Assembly: GCA_965208835.1 (NCBI GenBank)
Contig: OZ242358.1
Coordinates: 3,200,001-3,264,000 of the forward strand
DNA: 64,000 nucleotides
Direction: 5' to 3'
DNA from: Candidatus Latescibacterota bacterium
Lineage (GTDB): Bacteria > Latescibacterota > UBA2968 > GCA-2709665
This document shows positions 29,341-39,543 of this stretch, piece by piece. The stretch's first letter is position 1. The number at the start of each line of letters is the position of its first letter. The position numbers and the translations under genes were made by a program. The notes beneath the pieces are model-generated. The model was given only the letters and a program-made list of their open reading frames with translations. It had not been told where the DNA came from and made no database searches.

Positions 29341-29616
29341 CTACTTGAGGTTCAAAACCAGTTCTTTACCCAATGCCCTGGCCGCTTTTCTCAGCGTTGA
29401 CAGCCGAATGTCTCCGGCACGGTTTTCCAGGCGAGAAATCGCTGTTTTCTTTGTATGCATCAACCTGGCGAGTTGCTCCTGCGTCAAACCGGCTTCCTGT
29501 CGGGCCTGCCGCAGCAAAACGCCGAATTCGAACGCCTTGTACCCTTCCTCGAATCCTTCTGCAAATTTGGGATCTGACTTTTTTCGCTGCGCAATATACT
29601 CTTCGACGTCACCCAT
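29341..29616 (-). CDS. XRE/HigA-like HTH antitoxin with no intact toxin upstream
   Basis: DPKFAEGFEEGY..LRQARQEAGLTQEQLA..TKKTAISRLEN..RLSTL. Confidence 0.85.
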   Translation of the reverse strand: MGDVEEYIAQRKKSDPKFAEGFEEGYKAFEFGVLLRQARQEAGLTQEQLARLMHTKKTAISRLENRAGDIRLSTLRKAARALGKELVLNLK

Positions 29617-29763
29617 GATTCCCGCTCCCTGCGATAAAATTCTATGCGCCTCGCCATTCCAAAGATAACATATTCGTTAACCTTCGACAACAAAAAAGCC
29701 GCCGAAATCTATTCTGATTTCCGTAGCCGCGTGACGGATCGAGATTCGGCGTCGAAGTCGCAC

Positions 29764-30237
29764 TCATGCGCCTACGACAGCCGGACCCTCCGGCGGTCCG
29801 TTCCGGGTTAAACTCTCAAGGGCGGCGAAAGGGAATAAAGGTCCCAACGTCTCTTCAGACCTGCCGATGTCTTCGATAGACCACCATCGAAACTCGCGGA
29901 AGGCTGAGGCCTCGCCCTGAGCCGGATTCCCGTCCATGACGGGTTCGAACGGGTCCGTCTGAACCAGATAGAAGTACTCGTCCTGGCTGAAGTCGCGGTT
30001 GTCCCACGTGAAGTCAACTCTCCTGGTCCAAACCAGTCGATCCACTGTGAATCTCGTTGCGCCAGTCTCCTCGCCGACCTCCCGGCGAAGCGCGTCCTCG
30101 TCGGACTCACCGGGCTCAAGGCCCCCGCCCGGAGTCACCCAGAACTCATTTCCGGATATGGGCTCCTGCACCCTCATCAGCAGGACCTGACGGTCCGGCG
30201 TCAACATGACCGCACGTACGACTCGTCTTCTGATCAT
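29764..30237 (-). CDS. NUDIX hydrolase
   Basis: PGGGLEPGESDEDALRREVGEETG. Confidence 0.92.
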   Translation of the reverse strand: MIRRRVVRAVMLTPDRQVLLMRVQEPISGNEFWVTPGGGLEPGESDEDALRREVGEETGATRFTVDRLVWTRRVDFTWDNRDFSQDEYFYLVQTDPFEPVMDGNPAQGEASAFREFRWWSIEDIGRSEETLGPLFPFAALESLTRNGPPEGPAVVGA

Positions 30238-30491
30238 CGTTCTTCCGTTCTGGCGTGTCTGTTCGTTTCAGTTTCTTACCGCGCTTGTTCGGCTACAAGG
30301 CTTCTTTCCGGTTTTCCGTGTGTGAGGACCTGCGATGCCAATTCGTCGAGGAGCGCACGGATTCGCGCCGCTGCAACGAGATCATTCGTACCGGAGGACA
30401 TCTTCCGGATTCGCGGTCGGGAGTCTGAACAATCGGAAAGTGGTCGATTGTGATACAGTAATGTTCGAAAATGGAAACAGAGCCGTCCGAT

Positions 30492-31169
30492 TCACCCTTC
30501 GTTGGTTTCTACCAGCCGGCCATCGAGGATATTCACAATTCGCCCGGCCTTCCGTGCGATATCCGCTTCGTGTGTGACAAGGATAATCGTGCCGCCATTC
30601 ACGTGCAGCCCATCGAAGATATGCATGATTTCGGTTCCGGTTTTGGAATCCAGATTCCCCGTTGGCTCGTCAGCCAGAATGATGGCCGGGTTATTGACGA
30701 GCGCCCGGGCGATCGCGACTCGCTGGCGTTCTCCGCCCGACAGTTCGATGGGGCGGTGATGCATTCGGTCTGCCAATCCGACTCGCTCAAGTTGCTCCAC
30801 GGCTCGCTCCTTGCGCACCTTTGGAGAAGTAGCGCAGTAAATCAGGGGAAGCGCTACATTTTCGAGGGCGGTTGCGCGGGGCAGCAGGTTGAACGTCTGA
30901 AAAACGAACCCGATTTTGAGATTGCGTGTTTCCGCGAGCCGGTCGTCGTCCAGGTCCGCAACACTCTCCCCGTCCAGGAGATATTCCCCGGTCGTCGGGG
31001 TGTCCAGGCACCCAATGATGTTCATCAGTGTGGATTTCCCCGATCCGGACGGTCCCATGATGGCGATGTATTCCGCGGCTTCGATCTGCAGGCTCACGTT
31101 GTGAAGAACCGGAACGTCGCGGGCGCCCATCCGATAGGACTTGAAGATACGTTTCAGGTCAATAACCAT
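30492..31169 (-). CDS. ABC transporter ATP-binding subunit (MacB/LolD type)
   Basis: [32 protein letters not shown]. Confidence 0.95.
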   Translation of the reverse strand: MVIDLKRIFKSYRMGARDVPVLHNVSLQIEAAEYIAIMGPSGSGKSTLMNIIGCLDTPTTGEYLLDGESVADLDDDRLAETRNLKIGFVFQTFNLLPRATALENVALPLIYCATSPKVRKERAVEQLERVGLADRMHHRPIELSGGERQRVAIARALVNNPAIILADEPTGNLDSKTGTEIMHIFDGLHVNGGTIILVTHEADIARKAGRIVNILDGRLVETNEG

Positions 31170-31186
31170 TGCATCCTGCCCGGATT

Positions 31187-32710
31187 CTAAGGAGATCTAT
31201 CCTCGTCGACGAGACTACGCTCGTTTTCGAAATCGTATAACGTCTGGCGTTTTAAATCAGCCACCGCCAGCTGGTACTGGATGTAGGCGTCCAGATAGGC
31301 CTGGCGGGACTGCGTAAGGTCGTCACGGGTTCGCGTGAGATCCTGTGCCGTGATATTCCCGTTCTCGAATCTGGCGCGGTCGATTTCATAACCGCGCAAC
31401 GCCACGTCTTCGCTTTTTCTGAGGACCTCCAGCCTGTCGCGTGCTTCGCGAATCCTGGCAATCGCACTGCGTATCTGCAGAACGACCCTTTGACGTCCGT
31501 CTTCCAGGTCGAGCACGCGCTGGTCCAACCTTGTCCGTGCCGACGAAACTCTCGCTCTGTTCAGGCGGGAGTCCCAGAGTGGGACGGAAAGTGTGAATTC
31601 CATACCCAGATTACGGGGGCGACGCCGGAGGTCAGTCCAACTGGCATCCAGAAGATCGGTTGTGGACGCGTCGTTTGGAAATGCGTTCGTAAACCCCGTC
31701 CGCTCGTACGAAGCGGAGAATTCTCCTCGGACGTTGCCGTCTGCCCGAGTCTCCCGAAGGTGGATTTCGGCAAGGCGCTGATAAATCTCGCGCTGCCGCA
31801 ACGACGCGCTGTGGCGAATACCGTGTGAAATCGCCCGTTCTTCGTCGATTTCGAAGGTCTTCAGATTCAGATCCGGGCGAACCGTCACGCTGTCGTCCAG
31901 AGACAAACCAAGCGCCAGCTTCAGTTGGTCGGAATGGCGCGCCATGCGGCCCACGGCCTGAAGAAGCTGATTACGGCTCCGGGACAGGGCGACTTCCATC
32001 TGAAGCGCTTCCACCTCCGGAATCAGCCCGGCCTCATATTTTTTTCGTGCCAATTCATGAGCCTGCTCCTGTTGAACCAGGGCTTCACGAGCGATCTCCA
32101 GGCTACGTTGAGCGCTATAGAAATCGTAAAATGCCTGGGTGATTTCATAGATGATATCGAGTTGGGTGCTGGTATATGCGCGCTGCCGGTTTTCAAGATG
32201 CAACCGGGCGCGTTCCAGATTGAGTTTGAGTTGGTTGGGCGCAAACAGCGGCTGCCGGAAGTGAACGCTGAGGGTACTGAAGAAGCGCTTGCTTCGCTCA
32301 GCAAGATTGAACGGTTCCTGAAATACGGATTCCCGAAGTTGCCTGAAGTCAGACCCGAAACTCAATTCGCCGTTTGTCACCAGAAATGGCTGGACGAGGG
32401 AAACCGCGCCAAACCACTGGAGCATACCGATCTTGTTGTAAATGGGCAACTGATTGGGTACGCGAATGGCCTCTACGCTCTCCAGATAGTCGGGAGCTCG
32501 CAATGACAGATTCACACGGGCTCGCGTGCTGCGTTTTGCTGCGTCCATTTCGAACCTGGCGTCTTGCAGGTCCAGCCAGAGATGACGTGCGCGGTACCCG
32601 TCGTCCAGGGCCAGGACAATGGCATCATCCAATGTAAGGGCCAGCGTTCGTTCCTGGGCCGGAATCGATACCCAGGAGTTAATGATCAGGCAGATTGCAA
32701 AGAGTCGCAT
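31187..32710 (-). CDS. TolC-family outer-membrane efflux protein
   Basis: Signal peptide, LTLDDAI, KYEAGL, LSVPLWD, RFENG; operon context. Confidence 0.88.
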   Translation of the reverse strand: MRLFAICLIINSWVSIPAQERTLALTLDDAIVLALDDGYRARHLWLDLQDARFEMDAAKRSTRARVNLSLRAPDYLESVEAIRVPNQLPIYNKIGMLQWFGAVSLVQPFLVTNGELSFGSDFRQLRESVFQEPFNLAERSKRFFSTLSVHFRQPLFAPNQLKLNLERARLHLENRQRAYTSTQLDIIYEITQAFYDFYSAQRSLEIAREALVQQEQAHELARKKYEAGLIPEVEALQMEVALSRSRNQLLQAVGRMARHSDQLKLALGLSLDDSVTVRPDLNLKTFEIDEERAISHGIRHSASLRQREIYQRLAEIHLRETRADGNVRGEFSASYERTGFTNAFPNDASTTDLLDASWTDLRRRPRNLGMEFTLSVPLWDSRLNRARVSSARTRLDQRVLDLEDGRQRVVLQIRSAIARIREARDRLEVLRKSEDVALRGYEIDRARFENGNITAQDLTRTRDDLTQSRQAYLDAYIQYQLAVADLKRQTLYDFENERSLVDEDRSP

Positions 32711-32854
32711 GGGATTCCTCGAATCTCACTTTGACCGCATCCGGAGTACAAGTTTCGGCGCGTTCGCGCCAACACCGGACAGCATCTCGGCGACACGATT
32801 ATCGTACATCCTCGAATCGAGATGTAATGTGCCATCAGTTCGACGACTGATATT

Positions 32855-34093
32855 CTACTCGTATCTGAGCGCATCGATGGGGTTCACGAGGGCGGCGCGC
32901 CGGGCAGGAAACGTACCGGACGCGACGCCGACTGCGCCCGACAGGCCGAAAGCCAGTACAACCGCCAGGGGGGAGATGATCGTCTTGAATTCCGCAATGG
33001 CGTCAATGACAACGGCCATGCCTACGCCAAGAAGAATACCGGCAAGTCCGCCGGCGAGGCTCAGGCCAACGGCTTCGATGAGGAACTGAATCAGAATCTC
33101 TCGCTGCTTTGCACCCATAGCCCGGCGTATGCCGATTTCGCGGGTCCGCTCCAGCACGGTGGCCAACATGATATTCATGATGCCGATGCCGCCTACCAGA
33201 AGCGAAATCGCTGCGATCGATCCCAGAACCATATTGTAAATACGGCGTTCCCGCTCCTCCTGTTTCAACAATTCGAATGGAATGACAAGGTCGAAGTCGG
33301 CGTTCTGGTGATGCCTCCGTTGCAAGACTCGCCTGATTACCGCGGCCACTTCCGGAAGGCGCTCCGAGTCTTCCACCTGGACGGTGAGCTGATCTATCTG
33401 ACTGGCGAGGGGATTTTCTTTGCTGAATCTGCGCAAGAAAGCAGAGAGCGGAATATAGACGTCCTGATTGAGATTGCGTGCGGCCAACTCGCCCACGGTC
33501 TCTGTAAACAGCGCTTTGTTTGCCATTGTGCCGACCACTTCAAACCACTGGTCGTCCATCTTTACCTGCCTGCCTACTGGGTCTTCTATGGGAAAGAGTG
33601 ACCGGGCGACCTCGGCCCCCAACACGCAGACCCGAACTTCCCGGTCGTGCTGATCTCGCCACAGAAACTCGCCACTTGCCGGGACGGACTGGAAGATTTC
33701 CTTGAAGGCGTGGCTCACCCCCACCAGGGTGATCTTCGTCGACCTGTCTCCATGTTTGGCTTCAAGGTCCAGCTCGGCCTGCGGCGCCACGTGTACCGCG
33801 CCGGGTACGATCCGGCGGATGGCTTCGGCGTCGGCCAGCGACAGTCCTGACGAGAATCTGGCGCGCGCTTCCTCCAGTTCTTTTTCGGTCAACTTCCTGT
33901 CGCGTACGATGATGTTATTGACACCCAGTACCCTGAATTTCTCCAGGGCCTCTCGCTTTGCCCCCTCTCCGATGGCGAGCATCGCAATCACCGCACCGAC
34001 ACCGAATATGATCCCAAGCGTCGTCAGAACGGACCGGAGACGGTGTTGAGACAGGCCGTCCAGGCCGAGCCGAAGCATGTCACGCCGGTCCAT
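32855..34093 (-). CDS. MacB-type ABC permease
   Basis: RSVLTTLGIIFGV, GGIGIMNIML..ERTREIGIRRAMGA, PARRAA..PIDALRYE. Confidence 0.95.
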   Translation of the reverse strand: MDRRDMLRLGLDGLSQHRLRSVLTTLGIIFGVGAVIAMLAIGEGAKREALEKFRVLGVNNIIVRDRKLTEKELEEARARFSSGLSLADAEAIRRIVPGAVHVAPQAELDLEAKHGDRSTKITLVGVSHAFKEIFQSVPASGEFLWRDQHDREVRVCVLGAEVARSLFPIEDPVGRQVKMDDQWFEVVGTMANKALFTETVGELAARNLNQDVYIPLSAFLRRFSKENPLASQIDQLTVQVEDSERLPEVAAVIRRVLQRRHHQNADFDLVIPFELLKQEERERRIYNMVLGSIAAISLLVGGIGIMNIMLATVLERTREIGIRRAMGAKQREILIQFLIEAVGLSLAGGLAGILLGVGMAVVIDAIAEFKTIISPLAVVLAFGLSGAVGVASGTFPARRAALVNPIDALRYE

Positions 34094-35352
34094 CAGATCG
34101 AGCCCTCCTCTACCGACCTGACAACCCGGTCGCCGACCGAGACGTCGCCGGATATGACGACAGTGCGTTTGCTGCGAGGTCCAAGGCTGACGGGAACGCG
34201 TTTAAGTCCCCAGATCCGTTTCACGTATACAACGAACTCGCCGTTGTCCCGGTGGATACAATCGCTCCGCACAAACAGAGCGTCATCCAGGTCTGCCACC
34301 ATGAATTCACAGCTTACGGTCATACCCGGTCGCAAGAGCGGATCCGATTCATGCACCAACACTTCAATGGCGAAGACTTTGCTCTTGTCGTTTTTGTCCT
34401 TGCGCCGCCCGATACGGCTGACTTCGGTAACGTGGCCCGAAAACTCAAACTTGGGGAATGCGTCCAACCTCAGTCGGACCCTTTGTTTCAGCGTTACCTT
34501 CTCGATGTCGGTCTCACCGACCCACGTCCGGGCCTTCATGCGACTCAGGTCCGGCAGACCGACAATAGGGGTACCCGGCCACAACTGGTCGCCCGCAGCG
34601 ACTTTCTGACCGGTCTGCCGATTCTGTCTGTATTCGATCAAGCCTTCAGCCGGCGCTCTCAAGTTGAAGCTCTCAAGGGTCCGGCGGGCCATATCGACCG
34701 CCGACTCGATTTTTCTGATCTTCGCCCTGTGAATCTTCAGGTCCTCCGCCTGAACAAGCCTTACGGTTTCGAGTTTTCCACGCAACTTTCGTAGAGTCAG
34801 ATGTTTGATCTGTTTATCAAGAGCCTTGAGTTTCTTCTGAGTCTCGGATTCAAAGCGAACACGTTGCTCGTCGATTGCCGCCATGCGGAGGGACGATTCG
34901 GCCGAACGTATCCTACCCTCCAATTCCTTGACTTCGCTCCCGTGCTGAACGCGCATTTTGTTGAGGTCGGCCCGTCCGATGGCAAGGTCGGCCTCCTTGC
35001 GGCCCATTGCCTGGACGACTCCCGAAGCCTCAATGTTCCCCACCAGGTCGCCCTTACTGACGAGAGTGCCCTCGGGCTCCAGGTTGGTTATCTTCGGACG
35101 GCCGTACTGCCAGTTGAAATGGGGCATGGGGATGATGGTGTACCGTACGGCCTGCAGCTCTCCGGTTTCCATCATCGAAGACCGAAAGCGACCTCCCTCG
35201 ACCCGTGCGAACTGATGTTCCAGTTCGCCGCATCGGGTCTGGGCAAGCAGAATCGCAGGTACAAGAAGAGAGCGGCCGAGCCCGCGCAATCTGTCGGCGT
35301 GACTGCGAGCAGGTTGTTCGTCGGTTCCCGGCACGCCGGATTTGCGGTTCAT
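34093..35352 (-). CDS. Periplasmic adaptor (membrane fusion protein) 3
   Basis: Coiled coil, LRAPAEG, LPDLSRM, LDAFP, LRPGMT. Confidence 0.88.
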   Translation of the reverse strand: MNRKSGVPGTDEQPARSHADRLRGLGRSLLVPAILLAQTRCGELEHQFARVEGGRFRSSMMETGELQAVRYTIIPMPHFNWQYGRPKITNLEPEGTLVSKGDLVGNIEASGVVQAMGRKEADLAIGRADLNKMRVQHGSEVKELEGRIRSAESSLRMAAIDEQRVRFESETQKKLKALDKQIKHLTLRKLRGKLETVRLVQAEDLKIHRAKIRKIESAVDMARRTLESFNLRAPAEGLIEYRQNRQTGQKVAAGDQLWPGTPIVGLPDLSRMKARTWVGETDIEKVTLKQRVRLRLDAFPKFEFSGHVTEVSRIGRRKDKNDKSKVFAIEVLVHESDPLLRPGMTVSCEFMVADLDDALFVRSDCIHRDNGEFVVYVKRIWGLKRVPVSLGPRSKRTVVISGDVSVGDRVVRSVEEGSI

Positions 35353-36584
35353 CGTGGCTCACCCTCTCCAGTAGAGAGCGATTCGACGATCGCGTTGGGA
35401 TCTGTCAGGGCGATTTCATCACCGTTCGACAGGCCGCTGTCCACGACCACATGGGTGTCGTTTTCCTCACCAAGGGAGACCGCTTGCGCCTCAAATCTCC
35501 TTCCGGTTCGACGATATACGATCGGTTTCCCGTTTTGTTCAAAAACGGCAGGAAGAGGAACGGACAGCGCGTCCGGAATCCTCTTTACAAGGAGCCGGCA
35601 ACTGACTGTCATCCCGGGCATCAGTCTTTCGTCGTGTCCGTCCAGCTTTACGACGACGTCGAATACCTTGACCTTCTCTTCCTTCGACTTGTTCCGTGCA
35701 AGCAAGGCGACTTCGATCACTCGTCCCGAGAACGTGGTATCGGGATACGCGTCAAGGGTGACCGCAGCCCGTTGATCGACTTTAACCTTGGCGATTTCGA
35801 TCTCGCTCGCTTGAACCTTCGCCTTCATCTGGCTCAGGTCCGGCAGGCCAATAACCGGCCAGCCCGAATAGACCTGATCATCGACCTGATATTTGTTGCG
35901 CGTATAAGGATTCTTGCGAAGGATTGCGATGCCGGACGCCGGCGCCGTGACTGTAAGCATCGCAAGCGTATTCTTCGCGGCGTTCAATTTGTCCTGTTCC
36001 TGCTGCAGTTTCAACTTCAGTTTGCTGATTTCTTCACGGTGGATGTTCTTTCTGTTCTCCAATTCCCGAGCGGCCTGTTCCAGCTTGATGCCGGCTTCCT
36101 CAAACCGAAACTCATCCTGTTTGCGATCGATTTCGGCCTTGAATTGCGCCTGTTCCAGCTTCAACCGGGCGATTTCCCGACTAATGCGACTTATGTCGAG
36201 ATCAATCTCAAGGCCTTCAATCTCGGAGTTGCCTTTGGCACGGGCTTTACGCAGTTCGGCCTCGGCGATTTCAAGGTTGGACTCTGCCTCTGTTATGGCC
36301 TTTTGGACTTCACCTTCGTCAAATTGAACGAGTAGTTCCCCTTCCTCAACCTGCTTGCCATCGTCTACGAGCTTTACAATCTTGAGTTCGCCAAATCGCC
36401 AGTCGATTGGCGGCGCCATAACCACCACGGACCGCACCGCTTCGAGTTCTCCGGTAACAATGAGGTTGCTCGTAAACTCGCCAGGCTTGACAGTATGGGT
36501 CTCGACCGACGGAGCGCTTACGCCTGCACAAGCGGTCAGCGCCGCCAGACCGAGAGGACCGAACAGGGAATTTGGCGTTTTCAT
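35349..36584 (-). CDS. Periplasmic adaptor (membrane fusion protein) 2, probable lipoprotein
   Basis: LTAC lipobox, TAPASG, LPDLSQM, LDAYP, LMPGMT. Confidence 0.88.
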   Translation of the reverse strand: MKTPNSLFGPLGLAALTACAGVSAPSVETHTVKPGEFTSNLIVTGELEAVRSVVVMAPPIDWRFGELKIVKLVDDGKQVEEGELLVQFDEGEVQKAITEAESNLEIAEAELRKARAKGNSEIEGLEIDLDISRISREIARLKLEQAQFKAEIDRKQDEFRFEEAGIKLEQAARELENRKNIHREEISKLKLKLQQEQDKLNAAKNTLAMLTVTAPASGIAILRKNPYTRNKYQVDDQVYSGWPVIGLPDLSQMKAKVQASEIEIAKVKVDQRAAVTLDAYPDTTFSGRVIEVALLARNKSKEEKVKVFDVVVKLDGHDERLMPGMTVSCRLLVKRIPDALSVPLPAVFEQNGKPIVYRRTGRRFEAQAVSLGEENDTHVVVDSGLSNGDEIALTDPNAIVESLSTGEGEPR

Positions 36585-36606
36585 TACAAATTCCAATGCA
36601 ATAAAA

Positions 36607-37899
36607 TCACTCCGGGGGCCGACGCAGGGCGAGTTCCGCACCAGCAGCCAGGTCGCCTTCTATTACCGCGAAATCGGAATTCCTGGCGGCCAGATTCACC
36701 CGGCGCGGTAGGAATCTCTTCCCTTGTCGCAAATAGACCACATGCAAGCTGTCCTGTTGGAATACACAATCAAGCGGCGCAACGAGGGCCTCAGACCGTT
36801 TTTCCACGAAGATACGCACCCGTGCGGAAAGCCCGGATGTAAAACCGGAACTTGTGGAATCCAGTTCCACGATGACCTCGACCTGTTTCACCCTGGAACC
36901 GGCCTTCAACGGTTTTGCACGTGGTGCGACCCGCGCGACCTTCCCCGAAATCGGGTCGGTACTCAACGACGAAATCACAACTTCCGCATGCTGACCCTCT
37001 TTCAGTCCTTGTGACTGAATTTCGTCAACCTGCAACGTCACTTGCATAACAGACAGATCGGGGATTCTCAAGACGGCTTCTCCGGGGTATTTTGCACCGC
37101 CTTCCCGAGGCTTGTCGAATCGCCATCCCCGGTCATAGATCACGATGCCTGCGGTTGGCGCTCTGATGCTCAGCTTCTCGATCGATTCTTCGGCTTCTTT
37201 GAGCTTTTGTTCGGCCTGTTTGATGAGGATGTCCGTGTGGGCAAGCTCTTCTTTCTGAATCGCTGCCATCGATTCGAGCTTCTTGCTGATTTTTTTTGTT
37301 CGCAGCTCGTCACGTTCCACTTCAAGCCGTTTGATTTCCCTAAGCCGAGGCGCAACGTATTCGAGTTTGGTCATTTGAAGCCGTGAAATCGCCACGGCGG
37401 CACGCGCGCTTTCACGGTCCGCTTCCAGCAGGTATTGCTGGGCATTTCGTTCCGCTTGTTTCTTATTGGCATCGGCCCGAGCTATTGCGAGCTCGTTGTA
37501 TGCGATCCGAAAGTCGTTCTCGAAAGGTTGGGTATCAAATCTGACGACCACTTCATCCTTCTTTACGGCAGATCCTTCCGCCGCCAGATAAGAAATCTCA
37601 AGTTCCCGCCAATAGCGCAGCCGGGGCGCAGTCAGCGTTGTCGCCCTCTTGGCCTCCAATACGCCATCCGCGTCGACGCTAATGTGAAAGGGTTGTTTCG
37701 AAAGGGTGTGAACAAGGGGGGGCCGCCCGGATTGCCCCGGACCGCATCCGGACAGAACAAGGAATGTCCCGTACAAGATCCGGAAGGCATATGAGGTTGG
37801 CGCTCGCCGTGCCGAACACGATTTAGAGTGTGACATAGGCATCGGTATAGATTTGGACACTTGCTTAACTGAATAGTTCACAGAAAGGGTAGTTTTCAT
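36607..37899 (-). CDS. Periplasmic adaptor (membrane fusion protein) 1, probable lipoprotein; start uncertain
   Basis: LSGC lipobox, IRAPTAG, IPDLSVM. Confidence 0.85.
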   Translation of the reverse strand: MKTTLSVNYSVKQVSKSIPMPMSHSKSCSARRAPTSYAFRILYGTFLVLSGCGPGQSGRPPLVHTLSKQPFHISVDADGVLEAKRATTLTAPRLRYWRELEISYLAAEGSAVKKDEVVVRFDTQPFENDFRIAYNELAIARADANKKQAERNAQQYLLEADRESARAAVAISRLQMTKLEYVAPRLREIKRLEVERDELRTKKISKKLESMAAIQKEELAHTDILIKQAEQKLKEAEESIEKLSIRAPTAGIVIYDRGWRFDKPREGGAKYPGEAVLRIPDLSVMQVTLQVDEIQSQGLKEGQHAEVVISSLSTDPISGKVARVAPRAKPLKAGSRVKQVEVIVELDSTSSGFTSGLSARVRIFVEKRSEALVAPLDCVFQQDSLHVVYLRQGKRFLPRRVNLAARNSDFAVIEGDLAAGAELALRRPPE

Positions 37900-38010
37900 T
37901 CCAAGTCACTCAGTGTTTCCGCAAGAGATCCGCCATCTGGCCAGATGTCCCACGGGCAACGGCTGGTAAACTTGACACATCGCATGGCGGATTGCTCCAC
38001 CAGAGAATTT

Positions 38011-38127
38011 ATCAAAGACCGTGCCAAACGTACATGTTACGTTTTATCAGTCAGTTATGACAAAAACAAATCGCCGAAGTGTTCGGGAAGTGTCCGATTT
38101 TGATACAGAAATGTCCGAAAACGGACA
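38011..38127 (-). promoter_or_regulatory. Sigma-54-type promoter with IHF site and two upstream activator sites
   Basis: TGGCAC-N5-TTGAT (38026-38011); TATCAGTCAGTTA (38045-38057) fits WATCARN4TTR; TGTCCGATTTTGATACA (38091-38107) and TGTCCGAAAACGGACA (38112-38127). Confidence 0.7.
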
Positions 38128-38269
38128 CTCGGAGGGATCGAGTAGGGCTGGCAGGAGATAAACGGAATTGAGCGTATCCACGGGTCATGGACGTATCTGG
38201 CGGCCAGGTTCAATGTCGTCTACAGAGGTAAGGATTCATCGCTTTGGCTTGAAAAAGCAAGCCTCTGCC

Positions 38270-38400
38270 CTGCTCCTGGCTTCTAATCCTGCTAGTCCTG
38301 CTGTAGGTTTTGATCTTGCCCTTGGCTTCTAATCCTGCTTAATCCTGGTCGGTTTTGACTTTTATCCTGACTATCCTGTCCATCCATGTAAATTATGGTT
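38270..38400. repeat. Repeat family B (AATCCTG array)
   Basis: Repeated (T)AATCCTG units; homologous to 21560-21710 (inverted) and 3831-3849. Confidence 0.75.
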
Positions 38401-38410
38401 TTTAAATGGC

Positions 38411-39514
38411 CTAAGTCAGATCGAGATCCTCATAGACGGCGCTGTTGATCTCTCTGTTGCGGACCTGATGGGCTTCTTCTCCGGGTGTGCCGTTAAAGAT
38501 GCACACGACAACCAGGCTCGCATCGGGATCCACGAAGGCGATGGACGACTGATAGCCTGCATTGCCAAACGCGCGGGGAGAGGCGTGTCGCCCGAAGCCG
38601 TACGGAGCCGACTCCTTGCGGTAGATGTTCGAGTTGACGTAGAATCCCAGACCCATGTCCACGATATGACCCAGGATTTCGTCCTTCATGCCGGTTCGAT
38701 GCCGGGAGGTAATCGCTTCAGCCGTCTGCGGAAGCAGGATCCTCTCCCCGTTGCACCGTCCTTTCCCGAGCAGCATTTCGTAGAAGCGTCCCAACTCCCT
38801 CGCCGGTCCCCTACCGCTCCCACCCGGCACGCATTGACCGATCGTTCGATCCAGATCCACGCTGTAGTGCGACGGCTCCGGCGTTTCGGCAGCGGTATTG
38901 TACATCAATCCGATCCGGTCCTTCCTCGCCTGATACGTCGATGAATCCATCGAGAGGCTGCAGTTGGGCATATCGAGCGGATCGAAAATCTCACGATGCA
39001 CGTATCGGTCGAAGCGCATGCCGCTCTTACGTGAAACGACCTCCGCAAGCACAAACCAGGCATTCGCCACGTCATATCGCGCCCGCCTTCCCGGCAACCA
39101 GCCTTCCCGCAAGGGCGCATCGCAAATTCCGGCGACGATTTCTTCCCAAGAAGATTCGGACCACGCGACGTCGACCGGTCCGATCCCGCCGGTATGCGTC
39201 AATAGATGCCGAAACGACAATCGCTCTTTTCCGCCCGCCCCGAACTCCGGCAGGTGTGAACAGACGGGATCGTCGATTTCGATCAGGCCCCTCTCCCACA
39301 CCTGGGCGACGGCAACCGCGGTGATGCCCTTGGTCAACGACATCCAGACGGTTATGGTGTCACTCGTCATCGCCCGGGTTGTCGTCGCATTCCCGACTGA
39401 CACGTCCGCGACGACACTGCCCTCGACAGACACGTAGAGCTGAGCGCCCGGATGGAGTCCGTCTCCGACGCCTGCATGAAGCAGACCGACGGTCCGTGTC
39501 AGCGATATATCCAT
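38411..39514 (-). CDS. Serine hydrolase, beta-lactamase/AmpC-like family
   Basis: SLTK (SxxK), LPEFG..GK, HLLTHTGG, GLGF. Confidence 0.9.
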   Translation of the reverse strand: MDISLTRTVGLLHAGVGDGLHPGAQLYVSVEGSVVADVSVGNATTTRAMTSDTITVWMSLTKGITAVAVAQVWERGLIEIDDPVCSHLPEFGAGGKERLSFRHLLTHTGGIGPVDVAWSESSWEEIVAGICDAPLREGWLPGRRARYDVANAWFVLAEVVSRKSGMRFDRYVHREIFDPLDMPNCSLSMDSSTYQARKDRIGLMYNTAAETPEPSHYSVDLDRTIGQCVPGGSGRGPARELGRFYEMLLGKGRCNGERILLPQTAEAITSRHRTGMKDEILGHIVDMGLGFYVNSNIYRKESAPYGFGRHASPRAFGNAGYQSSIAFVDPDASLVVVCIFNGTPGEEAHQVRNREINSAVYEDLDLT

Positions 39515-39543
39515 TGGCAAGTCAACTCTCCCGCGGCACCAGA

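Noticed and set aside
29617-29693. Toxin C-terminal remnant upstream of the HTH gene
   Set aside because: ARRIEFYRRERES is only vaguely toxin-like and too short to support a call
9063-30237. Integron cassette array
   Set aside because: No intI gene and no recurrent RYYYAAC...GTTRRRY attC structures were found by eye
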